This document shows, one piece after another, positions 34,622 to 45,300 of a DNA stretch of 52,369 bases. The notes below the pieces were generated by a model. That model saw only the letters and a program-made list of their open reading frames with translations, ran no database searches and was not told the DNA's origin. This DNA comes from Minisyncoccota bacterium (GTDB lineage: Bacteria > Patescibacteriota > Minisyncoccia > UBA6257 > GWB1-50-10). The stretch lies in the NCBI GenBank assembly GCA_041659005.1, contig JBAZZD010000004.1, positions 1-52,369 on the forward strand, read 5' to 3'. Made by a program: the position numbers and the translations under genes. Every line of letters begins with the position of its first letter. Position 1 is the first letter of the stretch.

Positions 34622-36055
34622 ATGTACATCCCGACAATTGGACTTGAGATTCATATGATTGTGAAGACAAAAACGAAGATGTTTTGTGCCTGCCCAAATT
34701 CGTTTGAAGATGGGAATCCGAATGTAAATGTATGTCCAATATGTCTTGGACATCCTGGAACGCTTCCTGTGGCGAATGAGGAGGCGGTGAGGGCTGCAGT
34801 GAAGCTTGGACTTGCACTTAACGGAATAATTGCGACAAAATCACATTTTGACAGAAAGAGTTATTTTTACCCTGATTTACCAAAAGGATATCAAATTTCA
34901 CAATATGATGAGCCGTTTGTTTCAAAAGGAATATTGAATGGAATTCGCATTACTCGTATACATCTTGAGGAAGATGCAGGGAGGTTGCTTCATGACATTG
35001 CGGGAAAAAAAGATAATGCAACGTATGTTGATTATAATCGTGCAGGATCACCGCTTTTAGAACTTGTTACTGAGCCTGATGTGAAAAATGCAGAGGAAGC
35101 AGTTTCTTTTGCAAAAGAATTGCAACGCATTGTGCGGTATCTTGGAATTTCTGATGCAGATATGGAGAAGGGACAGATGCGCGTTGAAGCAAATATTTCT
35201 ATTAGTAAAAAAACAGGAGAGCTTGGGACAAAAGTTGAGGTAAAAAATATAAACTCATTTCGTGCGGTTCGTGATGCAATTGAGTTTGAGCTTGCTCGAC
35301 AAGAGGATGTGCTTGGGTCAGGCGGTAAAATCATTCAAGAAACACGAGGATGGAATGATGTTAAAAAAATAACTGAAAGCCAGCGTTCAAAGGAGTCTGC
35401 GCATGATTATCGTTACTTCCCAGAGCCCGATCTCGCTCCTATTGATTTGTCGTCGTGGAATGTAGAAGAAATGAGAAGGGAACTTCCAGAGCTTCCCGAG
35501 GCAAGACGAACTCGTTTTATTGAACAGTACGGAATCTCACGAGAACTTGCTGAGGCACTAATTGAACAGAAAACGTGGGCAGATTATTTTGAAAATTCTG
35601 CATCAGAACTTCGCACTGAAGAAAGAACAGCAAATATTTCATTGCTTGCGAATTATCTCACGAGTGATCTTAGAGGAATGTTAAATACAAAAGGAGTAGA
35701 CATTATTGATATTAAAATTACACCAGAGAACTTTGCTGATCTTGTCCGTTTAGTCGATGAGGGAAAACTTTCGAGCCGCCTTGCAAAGGATATGTTACTT
35801 AAGATGTTTGAGACAGGAGAAGATCCCGAGGTATTAATGAGGGAAGGAGGGATCCACGTAATTGGAGGGGAGGATGAATTGATTCCAGTTGTGCAGGAAA
35901 TTCTTAGTAAAAATCCAAAAGCAATTGAAGATTATAAAAATGGAAAAATGAATTCTGTTCAGTTTTTAGTTGGACAAGGAATGGCGCGTACTAAGGGACA
36001 GGCAAGTCCGGATATGTTGAGAAGCTTATTCGAGAGGGAGTTAAAAAAAATATAA
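34622..36055 (+). CDS. gatB: Asp/Glu-tRNA(Asn/Gln) amidotransferase subunit B
   Basis: PTIGLEIH, CPICLGHPGTLP, HLEEDAGR and a C-terminal YqeY-like tail. ATG 34622 gives a canonical N-terminus. No gatA or gatC adjacent. Confidence 0.93.
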   Translation: MYIPTIGLEIHMIVKTKTKMFCACPNSFEDGNPNVNVCPICLGHPGTLPVANEEAVRAAVKLGLALNGIIATKSHFDRKSYFYPDLPKGYQISQYDEPFVSKGILNGIRITRIHLEEDAGRLLHDIAGKKDNATYVDYNRAGSPLLELVTEPDVKNAEEAVSFAKELQRIVRYLGISDADMEKGQMRVEANISISKKTGELGTKVEVKNINSFRAVRDAIEFELARQEDVLGSGGKIIQETRGWNDVKKITESQRSKESAHDYRYFPEPDLAPIDLSSWNVEEMRRELPELPEARRTRFIEQYGISRELAEALIEQKTWADYFENSASELRTEERTANISLLANYLTSDLRGMLNTKGVDIIDIKITPENFADLVRLVDEGKLSSRLAKDMLLKMFETGEDPEVLMREGGIHVIGGEDELIPVVQEILSKNPKAIEDYKNGKMNSVQFLVGQGMARTKGQASPDMLRSLFERELKKI

Positions 36056-36124
36056 AATTGACTATTTTTGTGTTTTGTTATATAAAATACATATCGTTTA
36101 TTTAAAAATTTAATAGGAGAAATT

Positions 36125-37642
36125 ATGGAAAAGATTCAAGAAGTCCTTAAGGATGTTTTGAGAATTCTTGAGGCGGAAAATTCTGAATTCTTTTTTGGGT
36201 ATTTTGCGAGAAAAAGACCAGAAAGCAAAAAAATGACGTTAAGCATGAGTGATGAGGAGATTGAATATAATTCGCGCCCTATCTCTTTGGTAATAACGGG
36301 GATGCTCAGTGATTTCTTTAATATAAAAGAAAACGAGATGTATCCATCAATTTTTCTAAAGAATTCTAATCGGAAAGGAGTATTTTCTTTAGATGGAATA
36401 AGAAAATTTCTTGGAATTTTTTCGTTGTTGCGGTGTTCGATAATTAATGAAAAAATAATTTGTTTCTATTTCCTTGATCCAATCAATTATGGCGAAATAA
36501 AGAATATTGCAGAATCTTGCGGGTTTTCTGTGTCGAATAATCAAGAAATTCTTGAAGTTCGTGGCGGCGATTCGCAAATTTTTATTAAGGGACACAGGGT
36601 TTATATGCAAATTTCTGGAACGTGGACTCAAAAAGAAGCACTGAAGAATATTTGTATGCTTAGTACTATTATTGTGCGCATTCATCAAGACCACCTTGTA
36701 GAGAGCGATAACAATTTAATACGGTTATCATTTTACTCAAGATGGTTTGATCTTATGGATGTCCGGGCTGGTTCCCTTGCTGCCAATCTTAAAATTGTAG
36801 CCGAAGAAATTTTAGCGGGAAGATTTCCTAATGAAATTCTCAAGGAAACAAGACGAAGTAGTAAAAAAAGCTTTGAGGACAAATGTTTTAAGCTTGAAAA
36901 GAAATATCTTGAAGAACATATTCAATACGTGGTTTTTCTTCCTAAGGAGAGGGCATTTGCCGTTCGCTTTTCTATTCCGATTGACAAACATGCTGTAGAA
37001 AGCCGTTTTACAAATTTTGAATTTAATTGTGAAAAAACTGAATTCAGAAAAAAAGGATTTCTTAAAAAAGGAGGAGCAACTCGATTTATTAATAGAAAGA
37101 TAACTCTTAAAATACTAAAAATATTCAAAAATAAAAGAGAACTTGCATCAATAATTGGAGATAGAATTTTCAAATTTTCTCTCGACTCTCTTGAGGAGGC
37201 GATTGAAATTTTTTCTTCAATTTGCTCAAAGCGTATGCTTGTGTCTGGATGGATGCAAACAGCGAGTCATGATTGTGATCTTAATGAATTTGAACGCTAT
37301 GCAATCAAAAATGTTGATGATCTCATTGCCATCTATTCATTTTTTGTCCATCATATTGAAGAGCATGAATGGGGGCAGCAAGTCGCAAAAGGGATGGCAG
37401 AGATAGACGGTTTTGATCACCGAAAGAGCGTTCCTGATACCGTATATGAATTACTTACTAATGGTAATGAATGTACTAATTTTTTTGCTGATCTTTCGCG
37501 AGTTCTTTTCGACCTACAACCGAAAGTAACACGAGCATTTGACCATTATCTAAAATTTGAGGGTGATACAAGAGTGTGTGCAATTTCTTTGTTTGAGAAA
37601 TATCTTACCATGACTTCAGCATTGAGAGTTATTAAAAAATAG
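36125..37642 (+). CDS. Hypothetical protein (505 aa, no recognisable domain)
   Basis: Long uninterrupted ORF preceded by TAGGAGAAATT-ATG, a strong SD that is atypical here. Soluble, Lys/Ile/Phe-rich. Confidence 0.6.
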   Translation: MEKIQEVLKDVLRILEAENSEFFFGYFARKRPESKKMTLSMSDEEIEYNSRPISLVITGMLSDFFNIKENEMYPSIFLKNSNRKGVFSLDGIRKFLGIFSLLRCSIINEKIICFYFLDPINYGEIKNIAESCGFSVSNNQEILEVRGGDSQIFIKGHRVYMQISGTWTQKEALKNICMLSTIIVRIHQDHLVESDNNLIRLSFYSRWFDLMDVRAGSLAANLKIVAEEILAGRFPNEILKETRRSSKKSFEDKCFKLEKKYLEEHIQYVVFLPKERAFAVRFSIPIDKHAVESRFTNFEFNCEKTEFRKKGFLKKGGATRFINRKITLKILKIFKNKRELASIIGDRIFKFSLDSLEEAIEIFSSICSKRMLVSGWMQTASHDCDLNEFERYAIKNVDDLIAIYSFFVHHIEEHEWGQQVAKGMAEIDGFDHRKSVPDTVYELLTNGNECTNFFADLSRVLFDLQPKVTRAFDHYLKFEGDTRVCAISLFEKYLTMTSALRVIKK

Positions 37643-37654
37643 GTCTCATAAAAT

Positions 37655-38569
37655 CTAACCCCGTCGCGTTTGCGGCGGATTTTTTATATATGAACTTATT
37701 TCTTGATAGTCATTTATCCAATGGATGGCTTTATTTTGTTTAAACCAGGTGTTTTGTCGTTTTGAATAATCAATAATTGCTTTTTCTAGTTGGGAAAGCA
37801 TTTCCTCTTTTGTAATCAGCCCTCTGAGATATCGCGAGACATATCGATATTCTAATCCAAAATCATCAAGTTTTTTCCAAGAAACTTTCCTTCCCACCTT
37901 TCCATTATGAAGATTTTGAATTTCCTTTATCATTCCTTTTTTAATTCGAGAAAGAAGGCGAATATGAATTCGTTTTTTTAAAATTTCTGCATCTTTTAAA
38001 ATTCCAATCCATATTGTTTCATAGGGAAGTGGGTCATATCGTTTTTCGGGGACATATCCGAGATTTGTTGCGATTTCAATGGCCCGTACTAATCTGCGTG
38101 GATTATTTCGGTCAATTGTTTGGGCTCGTTTTGAATCTATTTTTTTGAGTAGTAAAAAAAGTTCTTTTGTTGTTTTATTTTCTAGAGATTTTCTTAATTT
38201 TTTGTCAGGTTTTACTTCTGGAATTATAAGTCCCTCAACAAGTGCCTCAATATAGTGTCCAGTACCCCCGCAGATAATTGGGGTTTTGCCACGTTTTATA
38301 ATGTCTTTTATTATCTTTCGTCCAATTGTTTTATAATGAGAAACGGTAAATGTGTTCCACGGATTTACCACATCAATGAGATAATGGGGAACACCACTCA
38401 TTTCTTTTTTTGTTATTTTTCCAGTTCCCAGATTCATTCCACAATATACTTGCCGGGAATCAGCGGATATAACTTCCCCTTTTACTTTTTTTGCTATTTT
38501 GACAGCGTAGTCACTTTTCCCACTTGCAGTTGGGCCAATGATAACAATAATTTTTTGCGTACTTTCCAT
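37655..38569 (-). CDS. miaA: tRNA dimethylallyltransferase MiaA
   Basis: P-loop GPTASGKS, DSRQVY, and the IICGGTG motif. Confidence 0.92.
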   Translation of the reverse strand: MESTQKIIVIIGPTASGKSDYAVKIAKKVKGEVISADSRQVYCGMNLGTGKITKKEMSGVPHYLIDVVNPWNTFTVSHYKTIGRKIIKDIIKRGKTPIICGGTGHYIEALVEGLIIPEVKPDKKLRKSLENKTTKELFLLLKKIDSKRAQTIDRNNPRRLVRAIEIATNLGYVPEKRYDPLPYETIWIGILKDAEILKKRIHIRLLSRIKKGMIKEIQNLHNGKVGRKVSWKKLDDFGLEYRYVSRYLRGLITKEEMLSQLEKAIIDYSKRQNTWFKQNKAIHWINDYQEISSYIKNPPQTRRG

Positions 38570-38630
38570 TTGTTGCTTTTTGTTACCAGACAGATACTGG
38601 CAATCGTCGATATTTTGTAATAAAAATTTG

Positions 38631-40436
38631 TTACGCCCGTTCTTCTATTTCTTTTTTTACCTTTTCAATAAACTGTTTTGTTGGGATTGTTTCCGTTTCT
38701 TTTTGGTGACGAGTACGAACATTTACTGAACGTGACTCAATTTCTTTATCTCCCACAACAAGTGTGTAAGGGATTTTTGCCATTTCAGAGTTTCGGATTC
38801 TTTTTCCAAGCGTTTCTGATGCATCGTCTACCTCAGTCCGAATTCCATTTGATTTCAATTCTTTTGCCACTGTGTGCGCATAACTTGCGTGACGCTCGCT
38901 TACTGGGAGTATCCGAATTTGCTTTGGTGAGAGCCATACTGGAAAGTCTCCCGCATAGTGTTCAATCAAGAAAGCCATAAAGCGTTCATGCGTGGAAAGT
39001 GGTGCGCGGTGAATAACAAATACTTCATTGTTATCTTTTCCTGTTGAATCTTTGTAGGTAAGCCCAAAGCGCTTTTTTGCCACAAAATCTAATTGAATGG
39101 TAGACATAGTTTCTTCCCTTCCAATAACTGAGGTGATCTGCACATCTACTTTTGGTCCATAGAACGCTGCCTCATTTGCCGCTTCAGTAAATGGTACCCC
39201 AAGTTCTTTTAGAATTTTACGAAGAATATCCTCAGTAAATTTCCAATTTTTTGGTTCATTAAAATACTTTTCCTTATTCTTTGGATCCCACTTTGAGAGT
39301 CGGAAGCGATAATCTTTTATTCCAAATAGATTGAAATAAAAAAGATTTAAATGAAGTACTTTCCTAAATTCTTCTTCAATTTGATCTTTTGTGCAGTAAA
39401 TGTGTGCATCATTCATTTGAAGTGATCGAACACGGAGAAGTCCTGCAAGCGTGCCAGAAAGTTCATTGCGGTAACACGTTCCGTATTCTGCAAGGCGCAA
39501 AGGTAGATCTTTGTAACTTTTTGGTTCTGCTTTATAGATAATATGGTGGTGCGGACAGTTCATCGCCTTTAGATAATATGTGCCGTCATCCATGACCATT
39601 TTTGGATACATGCTATCTTCGTAATAAGGAAGATGTCCAGAGGTTAAATATAATTCTTGTTTTGCAAGATGAGGGGTTGAAACCCGTTTATAGTCATATT
39701 GCTCTTCCATTTCAATGGCAAGTTTTTCAATCTCATTTTTCATAATTGTTCCATTTGGAAGCCACAACGCAAGTCCTTTTCCAACCATGTCGTCAAAATG
39801 GAAGATGCCCATTTCCTTTCCAATCTTTCTGTGGTCACGTCGCTTTGCTTCCTCTTGTAGCAAAAGATATGCATCAAGTTCCTTTTTTGATTCAAATGCA
39901 ACACCATAAATGCGAGTTAACATTTTGTTTTTCTCGTCTCCTCTCCAGTATGCGCCGGCAATAGACATTAGTTTAAATCCGTCGGGATTGATTTCTCCAG
40001 TATTCTTTACGTGGGGACCAGCACAGAGATCCATAAATATCACTACTTTGTTTTTTCCTGTTCCTCGCGTGGTTTCATATATTGAAAGCGATTTTTTTTG
40101 CTTTTTTAAATCCACAATTAACTCTTTTTTATATGATGCGTTTTTAAACTTTTTTGTCGTTTCGAGTGGAGTAATAGATTTTTTTGAGAAAGTAAGTTTT
40201 TCTTTTACAAGTTCTTTCATTCGCTTTTCCAAAACTTTAAGAACCTCGTCGGTTATTGGTTTTGTAAATTCAAAATCGTAATAAAATCCATTTTCAATGA
40301 CTGGTCCAATACCAAGTTTTGCAGTTGGGTATGCCTCAAGCACTGCTGTTGCAAGCAGGTGAGAAAGTGAGTGGCGAATATTGTGTAATTGTTTGTCCCG
40401 TGCAGATTCCGAGGACTTTTTCTGTGTTTTAGCCAT
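38631..40436 (-). CDS. thrS: Threonyl-tRNA synthetase
   Basis: 601 aa. Editing-domain HxxxH (HSLSHLLA), class II core (FRLSKWD, CYRNELSG), C-terminal anticodon-binding domain. Lacks the N-terminal TGS domain. Confidence 0.95.
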   Translation of the reverse strand: MAKTQKKSSESARDKQLHNIRHSLSHLLATAVLEAYPTAKLGIGPVIENGFYYDFEFTKPITDEVLKVLEKRMKELVKEKLTFSKKSITPLETTKKFKNASYKKELIVDLKKQKKSLSIYETTRGTGKNKVVIFMDLCAGPHVKNTGEINPDGFKLMSIAGAYWRGDEKNKMLTRIYGVAFESKKELDAYLLLQEEAKRRDHRKIGKEMGIFHFDDMVGKGLALWLPNGTIMKNEIEKLAIEMEEQYDYKRVSTPHLAKQELYLTSGHLPYYEDSMYPKMVMDDGTYYLKAMNCPHHHIIYKAEPKSYKDLPLRLAEYGTCYRNELSGTLAGLLRVRSLQMNDAHIYCTKDQIEEEFRKVLHLNLFYFNLFGIKDYRFRLSKWDPKNKEKYFNEPKNWKFTEDILRKILKELGVPFTEAANEAAFYGPKVDVQITSVIGREETMSTIQLDFVAKKRFGLTYKDSTGKDNNEVFVIHRAPLSTHERFMAFLIEHYAGDFPVWLSPKQIRILPVSERHASYAHTVAKELKSNGIRTEVDDASETLGKRIRNSEMAKIPYTLVVGDKEIESRSVNVRTRHQKETETIPTKQFIEKVKKEIEERA

Positions 40437-40444
40437 TACTCAGA

Positions 40445-40472
40445 ATTATACCGCCAATTTTTTTACTCGCAA
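40445..40472 (-). promoter_or_regulatory. Candidate thrS promoter giving a leaderless or near-leaderless mRNA
   Basis: On the minus strand, TTGCGA-N16-TATAAT, with the -10 ending 8 nt before the ATG. Confidence 0.5.
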
Positions 40473-40728
40473 AGGATCTGTCATCTTCGAGCCCGCTCTA
40501 GGACCCGCTTGGTTATGTCTTAGTCTCTAAAATAACAGGTCCATTTGCTCGCTTTTAAGTGCAGAGATTTCACTCATAAATATATCCTATGAACAGACTT
40601 TAGAGATTTAGTCTACTCATAGGATATATTTATTCATTTTAGAGGTAGGGGAATATGGTTGCTTACTGTTTGGTGGGCAGTCGCGGAGTTTTAGAGATTT
40701 AACTTGTTCGTGTTGTATATGTGCTCAT

Positions 40729-42284
40729 TTATTTATATTTTTCTAATTTTAATTGTGGGGGAATAAAATCTGGATTCAAAGAAACCGCAATTTGCCAATT
40801 TTTTCTTGCGGTTTTTAGATCTCCAAGAGCTTCGTATGAATTTCCAAGATTGTGATATGGAATGGGATTTTGTGGATCGAGTTGTATTGCGTGAGTGTAT
40901 GCATCAATTGCTTGTTCGTGTTTATCTGAATAGGCTATTCCTAAATTATTCCACACACGTAAACTTGTTGGTGCGTGCAATAATGTCTGTTTGTACAGTG
41001 TTATTGGATCCCTCCATTCGGTATTTCTTGATATGGTGCGCACAGAAAGAAAAATACCCCATACGATTATAGTAAATAGAATAATGACTAGATATTTTTT
41101 GTTTTTAAATTTTTCAGAAAAATTAGCAAAAAGTGCTCCAAGTATGATTGAAATTCCGATTATTGGTGTATACATATAGTGTTCATACATAATTCCTGCT
41201 ACGGGAATTATAATTCCAGATGCTGGTAAAAATGAGACAAAAAGAAAAAGTGTTCCAAACGTATATTTGGGGTTGCGTTCTATTGTAAATAACGAAAGAA
41301 AAATAAAAGCGAGCGTGATACAAATTCCAATAAGAACTGATGGATCAAAAATTGTTTGAGCATATGAAATAGTTTCCGATCGTTCCATAAAAAGTGTTTT
41401 TGGAAAGAAATAAAGACCTACGTATGATGGAAGAATTTTTAGAAATGTGTCAGTTCTTACAAGTATATTTGTAGTATATGGAGTCTCTGCATTATAAATA
41501 TTGAATGTATTTTGGAAGTTTAGTATGGTGCCACGAAGAAGTAGAAAAATACACGCAATAAGAATAAATGGAAGTAATGACAAAGAAAGTTTTTTTAAAA
41601 AATTTTTAAAATAAGTTTTTTCTTTATACCAATACCACAATTCAATAAGCAGAAGATATGCGGGAAAAATGATTCCACGTTCTTTTGTGAGTAGTGTGAC
41701 AATGAAAAGAAATAAAGTGCCAAAATAAAAAAATATTCCACGCTTTTCTTTTGAATTTTCTAGCCACCGCATGTAGAGCATGATACCAAGAAGTATATAA
41801 AAAAAGGAAAGAGAGTCTCCTAACCCAGAAACGTATGTGACAGCTTCAGTTTGTAGTGGATGAATGAGAAAAATTAGTGATGGGAAAAATCTAAAGAAAA
41901 AATTCTTTGAAATACGTGTAAGTAAAAGGAATAAGAGAATGGCATTGAGAATGTGAATTAGTGTATTTACAAGATGATATCCAGGCGCCCAATTGCCCCA
42001 GATACTCCATTCTATTGCATAGACAATTAAAAGCATTGGGCGCCAATAATTACTTTGAAATCCTGCACCGGCAATAAGATTTTGAGTAAAAAATTCTTTT
42101 ATTTCAAAGTTTTTACATATGCATTATTTAAAATTCCATCGTTATCATCCCAGAACATTTGGTTTGAAAAACTATTTGCGTAAATACTAATTCCAATAAT
42201 AAAGAGAAACATAATTGCCACGAGTATTTGGTGAGCTCGAAAATAATTGGTGATTAGTTTTATATAATTTTTTATAACGTTCAT
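40729..42284 (-). pseudogene. Membrane glycosyltransferase-like (PMT_2/TMTC-like) protein with C-terminal TPR repeats, split by a 1-nt frameshift
   Basis: ORF 42099-42284 (MFWDDNDGILNNAYVK...) and ORF 40729-42036 (...YWRPMLLIVYAIEW...HLVNTLIHILNA) read as one protein if one A is added to the A5 run at 42110-42114. The frame of the downstream ORF is open from 42119. C-terminus has TPR-like repeats. Confidence 0.6.
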
Positions 42285-42308
42285 GTCTTTGTAAAAGTCT
42301 ATGACGTA

Positions 42309-45300
42309 TTATGATTCTGCCCGTGACGTTGGAAGTCCACGAGCCTCATCAACGATAAATTTTGTCTCATCATTTTTCCAACTAATTCTTCCTCCTGCTG
42401 CGATCGCCCTTCCTTCAACCCAAAGATCTGGTTTATTTTTTATCACCTCTTCAAATACAAGAAGTTCAATTTTGTCAGTGAGATCTTCTAGGGCCACAAA
42501 ATACATGGTCGTTTTTTTCTTTGTCACATATTTTTGGATTGTCGCAACAATTCCAGCGACCCACATTTTTTGGCTTCTTTCTCCATCTTTTGGAATTTTT
42601 AAAATCTCCTTAAGTGGGGGGATTTTTCCTTTTAATAGGTTGGTATATGGACTAAATGGGTGATCGCTGATATAGAGTCCGAGCAGCTCCTTCTCCCATT
42701 TAAGTATTTCTGATTTTGGAATTTGTGTTTTTGCGGTACGGAGTTTGCACTGATGAACATGTGATTCCCTCCCAAATAGTGAGGACTGATTTAATGAGGC
42801 ACTTTTTCGGATTCCCTGATTAAATTCAATAATGTCATCAATACTTTCTAATAGGTCGGCGCGAGAAATACCAAGTGAATCAAATGCTCCTGCCTTAGCG
42901 AATGCTTCAATTGATTTTTTATTTAAATCTCGGTGATGGATGCGATTCAAAAATTCGGTGAAATTTAAAAAAGGACCGAGTTTATTACGGGATTCAATAA
43001 TTGCATCAACTACACCAACTCCAACTCCTTTGATTGCATTTAGTCCAAAACGAATATCTTTTCCATCGGCTGCAAATTCTTTTACGCTTGTATTGATGTC
43101 TGGTGGAAGCACATTTATTCCTAAGTGCTTCATTTCGCTTACTAAGAAGGTAATTCGCTCAACATCAGTTCCTGAGACATTTAATAAGCTTGCGGTAAAT
43201 TCAAGTGGGTAGTGTGCTTTGAGGTATGCGGTTTGATAAGCGATAAGCGCATAGCAGGCAGCATGACTGCGATTGAATCCATACCGTGCGAATGGAGGAA
43301 ATAGTTCCCAAATTGCCTTTGCAGTTTCTTTGCTTATTCCATTCTTTATCATTCCATCAATAAGTTTTCCTTTTTGTTCCGCAAGGAGTTCTTTTATTTT
43401 CTTACCAATAGCCTTTCGAAGCGTATCTGCTTCTGCAAGTGTGAATCCTGCGAGGTCACGTGCAATGCGCATCATTTGTTCTTGATAAATTCCAACTCCA
43501 TATGTTTTTCCCAAGATTGGCTCAAGTTTGGGGTGAAGATAAGTAACATCTTCTTTTCCGTGTTTTCGTAAAATGTACGATGGAATAAGATCAATTGGTC
43601 CTGGGCGATAGAGTGCAACCATTGCGATGATATCTTCTAGTTCAGTTGGTTTGAGTTCTTTGAGATATCGTTTCATTCCTGAGGATTCAAATTGAAATAC
43701 GCCGGTGGTGTCTCCAATGCGAAATAATTCAAATGCCTTATCGCTATCAAGAGGGAGTGCATCAATATCAATATCAACTCCGTGGTTCTCACGAATGAGT
43801 CGAAGAGTCTTTTCGATGATGGTTAGATTCTTGAGTCCCAAGAAGTCCATTTTAAGAATTCCAATATCTTCAACTGCATGCATTTCGAACTGCGTAATAA
43901 TAGCATCTTCTCCTTGTGGCGCTTTTTGGAGCGACATGTAGTTTGTGAGTGGCTCGGGCGCAATCACAACGCCACACGCATGAACGGATGCATGCCGTGC
44001 AACTCCTTCTAATTTTTTTGCAGAATCAATTAATTTTTTTGCTTGTGCATCGTTGTCGTATTTTGCTTTAAATTCAGGAACCATTTTTAAACACTCATCA
44101 ATCCAACCCTCCTTCATTCCCTGTGTGGGATTGAACGGAATCATTTTTGATAATTCATCGCATACTGCATAGGGGACTCCAGTAGCGCGCCCAGTATCAC
44201 GAATCGCTGCACGTGCAGCCATGCTTCCAAATGTAATAATTTGTGCGACTTTATCATTTCCATATACTTCTCGAACATATGACAATACTTCATCACGACG
44301 AATATCGGTGAAGTCGGTGTCTATGTCGGGCATTTGTATACGATCGGGATTTAGGAAGCGTTCAAAAAGTAAATCGTATTTTAACGGATCGATATTTGTT
44401 ATACGAAGAATAAATGTAACGATTGATCCGGCCGCAGAACCTCTTCCTGGACCAACGACGATTCCGTGATCCTTTGCCCAATTGATATAATCTTGAACGA
44501 TTAAAAAGTAGTCAGCATATCCAGTACGCTCTATAACGGAAAGTTCCATATCTATACGAGCTTGAATTTCTGGAGTAACTGTTGGGAAGCGACTATGTAC
44601 TCGTTCGATTACTAATTGTTTTAAATATTCAAATGCGGATAATGATGGGTCCGGTGGGGCAAATTTTGGGAGTAAGACTTTCCCGAGTTCAAGGGTCACA
44701 TTACATTGTTCTGCAATGACGGCTGTGTTTTCAATTGCTTCAGGAATGTGTTTGAACACCGTCTCCATTTCTTCAGAAGAGGAAAGTGAAATATCATAAT
44801 CTTTCAGTGTTAAACGATCCTCATCATCAAGTTTGCTCGATGTTTGTACGGCGAGAAGAATTTCGTGTGCAGTTTTGTCGTCTTTATGTGCGTAGTGAAC
44901 ATCTTGTGTCGCAACAAGATTAATTCCCAATTCTTTTCCAAGTGCGATAAGTGGTGCGTGGAGATCAGGAGAGTGTTTTTGAACCTCTAAATAAAAGTTT
45001 TCACCAAATGTTTCTTTATACCATACCGCGGCAGCACGAGCCTCAACGTTTTGTCTATGTTTTATATAATAGGCAATTTCTCCGCCATAACATCCAGAAA
45101 GACAAATTAGTCCTTCTCTGTATTCTTTTAAAATTTCCTTATCAATACGTGGTTTATAATAAAATCCCTCAAGGTTTGACTGAGTAACAAGTTTTAAAAT
45201 ATTTTTCCATCCAATTTCGTTTTTTGCGAGAAGGGTGAGATGAAAACGTGTATCGTCAACTTTTGGTCGCTTATCAAATCGTGAGTGCGGGGCTAAGTAG

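Noticed and set aside
40672-40686. GGTGGGCAGTCGCGG resembling the conserved T-box sequence (GGGTGGTACCGCG) near thrS
   Set aside because: It is on the + strand whereas thrS is on the minus strand. There is no downstream + strand gene. The thrS promoter sits directly next to its ATG, leaving no leader.
40521-40700. GTTTTAGAG-like words (for example GTTTTAGAGATTTAAC at 40688-40703) that superficially resemble type II CRISPR repeats or tracrRNA anti-repeats
   Set aside because: The words are only 8-9 nt long and irregularly spaced, with one inverted. They are not separated by unique spacers of constant length. No cas genes or repeat array exist anywhere in the window.
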